This document shows positions 61,273-64,000 of a stretch of 64,000 bases of DNA, in pieces (the first letter of the stretch is position 1; each line of letters starts with the position of its first letter). Where the stretch lies: assembly GCA_017654855.1 (NCBI GenBank), contig CM030336.1, forward strand, positions 930,001 to 994,000, read 5' to 3'. The position numbers and the translations under genes were made by a program. The DNA is from Podospora anserina (Eukaryota). The notes beneath the pieces were generated by a model that was given only the letters and a program-made list of their open reading frames with translations, did not search any database and had not been told where the DNA came from.

Positions 61273-62208
61273 TCACTCCCCCTTTCCCAACCTGCCCGCC
61301 ACAAAGTCAGCATACACCACCGCATCAAACGCCGCCTGGGCAGTACTAGCAACCGTATGCGGCCTAAACCCCGCCAGCGCATCCCCAATCAACACAACCC
61401 TCCCATCCAAAAACTCATTCCTCGGATTAATCACATCCGCCGCCTTCTGCACAAACGGTCTGTCTGCCTCGCAGACAATCTCCGCAAACTGCGTGTGGCA
61501 AGCTATCCCTCGCAATCTCCATCTGTCTCTCCCGCGCAACAGTGTCTGTCATGCCCGGCAGCGTAATCCGATGCCGTCGACCGTTGGAATCCGTCATCAT
61601 CCCATCCAGCTCCGCCGAGCCCTCCGGGACGTTCCCCTGGTTTCACCGTCCCGTTCTTGCCGGGGATGAGATACGCCAATATTTGAATCCCATCCGCGCG
61701 GAAAAATGTTAACCTTTCTGCAAAGGTCGCCAGGGTCGAGGGTGTGACGTCTTGTTCGGGGACCCTGGCGCGGAGGGCGAGGAGATTCCATCGAAGTTGG
61801 CGCGCATGAGGAAGTAATTTAGGTCCCAGGAGCTCATGTCGTGGCTAGCCGTAACGGTGTGGATGATGTAGCCATCGCGGTCGAGGTATTGGCGGCAGGT
61901 GGAGATGTCTTTGCGTTGACAGCGGTGGTACCTGTTGAAAAACTCAAGGGCGTGACCGCCAGCAACGATGCCGGCTCTTTGGTCATGGAGGAGGGGAGTG
62001 GGGTGGTGTTCGAGGATTGTAGAGTTGTGGCCCAGGATCTTGAGAGCGATGCCTGTCGCCAGGCCGCCTAGAGATCCGCCAACCTGTTGCTGCGTTAGCA
62101 ATGTGCCTCTGGTCAGGTGCTGAATGATGGGGCTTGAAGCCTTACGATGACGAAATGCAACCTGTCGGGTTTCTGTGCTCCTGTTATCGTGTCGGTTATC
62201 GTGGCCAT
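61273..62208 (-). pseudogene. Degenerate FAD-dependent monooxygenase (2,6-dihydroxypyridine hydroxylase-like)
   Basis: LHFVI|VGGSLGGLATG, GIV, MSSWDLNYFLMRANFDG and VVLIGDALAGFRPHTVASTAQAAFDA, split over several frames with internal deletions. Confidence 0.8.
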
Positions 62209-63086
62209 TGCTTACTCTCCAAAACTGCACAAGTTATGCTTTCCTTTGTGAATGGTCAAATACAGGGAGCGTATGGAATGCCTATCCATGACAGCATCCA
62301 CTGAGAGCCCCCCACTTATTCATCCTGCCCCAGACTTGTGCTACCTTACCTACCCTAATCTCAACTGCCGGCTTACGACCTTTGTACCGTGTTCGGATAA
62401 AAAGTGTTGCTCCGGCTTACTCAAACCATGATCATTGTTCTCTTCTCTGTATGACTTCAAGTCTTGACCTCCCTCGTCCCACAGTTTAACGTGGTGCCCC
62501 CTCAGCAGGCTGAGCATTGATGTTTTCGCCAAGTACCCTTGCCGTGATGGCATCGCCTGATCTCTACAGAGTGGCTGAATGCTAGACTGTCACGAATCAA
62601 TAAAGGCTCTCGTTCCGCGGACAAAATGCCTTGGCCCTTCGTGTCGTTTGGGAAGCATCGAACCAGGCGGTGGTTGCAATGGCTTCAAAAACATCGTATT
62701 GCCTTGTCAAAGAAAGTGTGACGTTGGTTGGTCGGCGAATCTTTCGGCGGGATGCGTGTGACAGGCACCGAAGGCAGGTAGGGCTGAGGTTCAGCTCAGC
62801 TCACTCTTGGTGTCGACAGCTTATTTGGGCAAGCAGTGCTCACGGTTTGGCAATGCCACGCTGGTGTCTGCCGCGAATATTGCAGCGAACATGCAGTCGA
62901 CAATTATGTGAATGCAAGCCCTCGCTTGTCAAGCAAGCCATTGACAGAGGTGTTCTGGTGGTAGAGCCTTGAAGAATTGAGATATAAGTAATGTAGAGAT
63001 CCTCGCCATGAGTCTGAAACAGCTACCAATATTCTAACATCTCACAAGATTGCCAGTGCATGAGAATACTTTCAGTGGTGACCAGC

Positions 63087-64000
63087 ATGGCAAACTTAAA
63101 GACAATTGTGGCTCTTGCCGTCGTGTCACTTGCTGGCATCAGCGCAGCTGCCGGATGTGCTGCTGACAAGTAAGTTCAAAGCATGACCCGCTTGGTAGCT
63201 ACCCAGGCTGACACTGAAAACAGTTGCTACCGGGCTCTCTTTCCTTGCCCGTCTCCCTCGGCCTTGTCTGTCGCTTCCGCCTTCTGCGCAACCATCACAG
63301 CCTCGGGCACGACTGCCACCAACTATCCTACTCGGGCCACCAACGCCTGCGGGACGACGGCTGATCGGTACATCTCGGCCTGTCAGTGTGGCCCGACATG
63401 CTCCTACTCAACCCTTGCCACGGCGACTTCCTTATCGTCCACCACAAATGCCCCGGCCTGTGAGCCGCCTTCCACATCGACCACTTTCACGTCAACCACC
63501 TCCACAGCGCCACCTGCCTGCGAGTCAACCCCCGTCAACGGCAACCTCCTATACGGAGACTTTGAGTGCGATTTCACCCCCTGGAACCCCCTTGTATTCG
63601 CCCCCTTTGCCAGCGTCTATGGGTACTCAGTCACCACACCTGGCTTCACCAAAGTCAATTCATTCCAGACCGAATTCCTCGGCACTCCCAACTGTCCCAC
63701 AACTTGTACATATTTGCGTCTCACATCCCCGGTCTTCCCAGTCACTCCGGGTGTCAAATACAAGTACACCTTTGCCACATGGTTCGATGGGATATCCAGA
63801 GGGTTTGTGGGCACAAAGATCAATGACCGCGCCGGTAGGACTGTCAGCGCTCTTGATTACCCAGTCACAAATTGGCGATTCCATCAGGTTCCTTTCCAAG
63901 CCAACGCAACAGAGAATGAAGCTTCTGTTTTCTTTGAGTGGCTCAATGTCGAGTCTAGACTTGACAGCGTCACCTTTGCCCCCCTGAGCGCTTACTGTGG
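63087..64000 (+). CDS. Secreted protein with Cys-rich N-domain, Thr/Ser linker and CBM-like (galactose-binding-fold) domain; intron 63170-63223; runs off the window
   Basis: MANLKTIVALAVVSLAG signal peptide, CAADN|CYRALFPC..ASAFC..YISACQC, and YGDFEC..W..VTPGVKYKYTF..WRFHQVPF..LDSVTF. Confidence 0.8.

Noticed and set aside
60991-61566. 191-aa His/Pro/Arg-rich plus-strand ORF
   Set aside because: Antisense to the monooxygenase pseudogene.
63388-63987. 199-aa ORF in the provided track
   Set aside because: Alternative frame of the spliced secreted CBM-like gene starting at 63087.

Overview
Eukaryotic genomic DNA from a filamentous ascomycete. Short GT-AG introns with CTAAC branch points, a HET gene, RIP-mutated repeats and a Neurospora cfp-like pyruvate decarboxylase point to Sordariales, plausibly Podospora (inference). 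The window holds about 20 apparently intact genes: HET-coiled-coil-ankyrin protein, BBE-like FAD oxidase, P450, PDC, carboxylesterase, Pth11-like protein, YxjH-like MetE barrel, hexose transporter, APH-like kinase, SET protein and several small secreted proteins. It also holds at least five pseudogenes, a full-length RIP-destroyed Fot1/pogo transposon and LTR remnants. The strongest unexpected structure is a ~3.6 kb element (27353-30983). It is flanked by CTACCY/RGGTAG direct repeats, has imperfect terminal inverted repeats and GGTGAGC arrays at both ends, and carries a RIP-eroded DUF3435 (Starship captain)-like N-terminus plus two intact cargo genes, so it reads as a derelict mini-Starship. 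A second oddity is an Alt a 1/Hrip1-like gene bracketed by inverted LTR pieces inside the intron of a zinc-finger pseudogene. Family assignments come from remembered motifs; no database searches were run.
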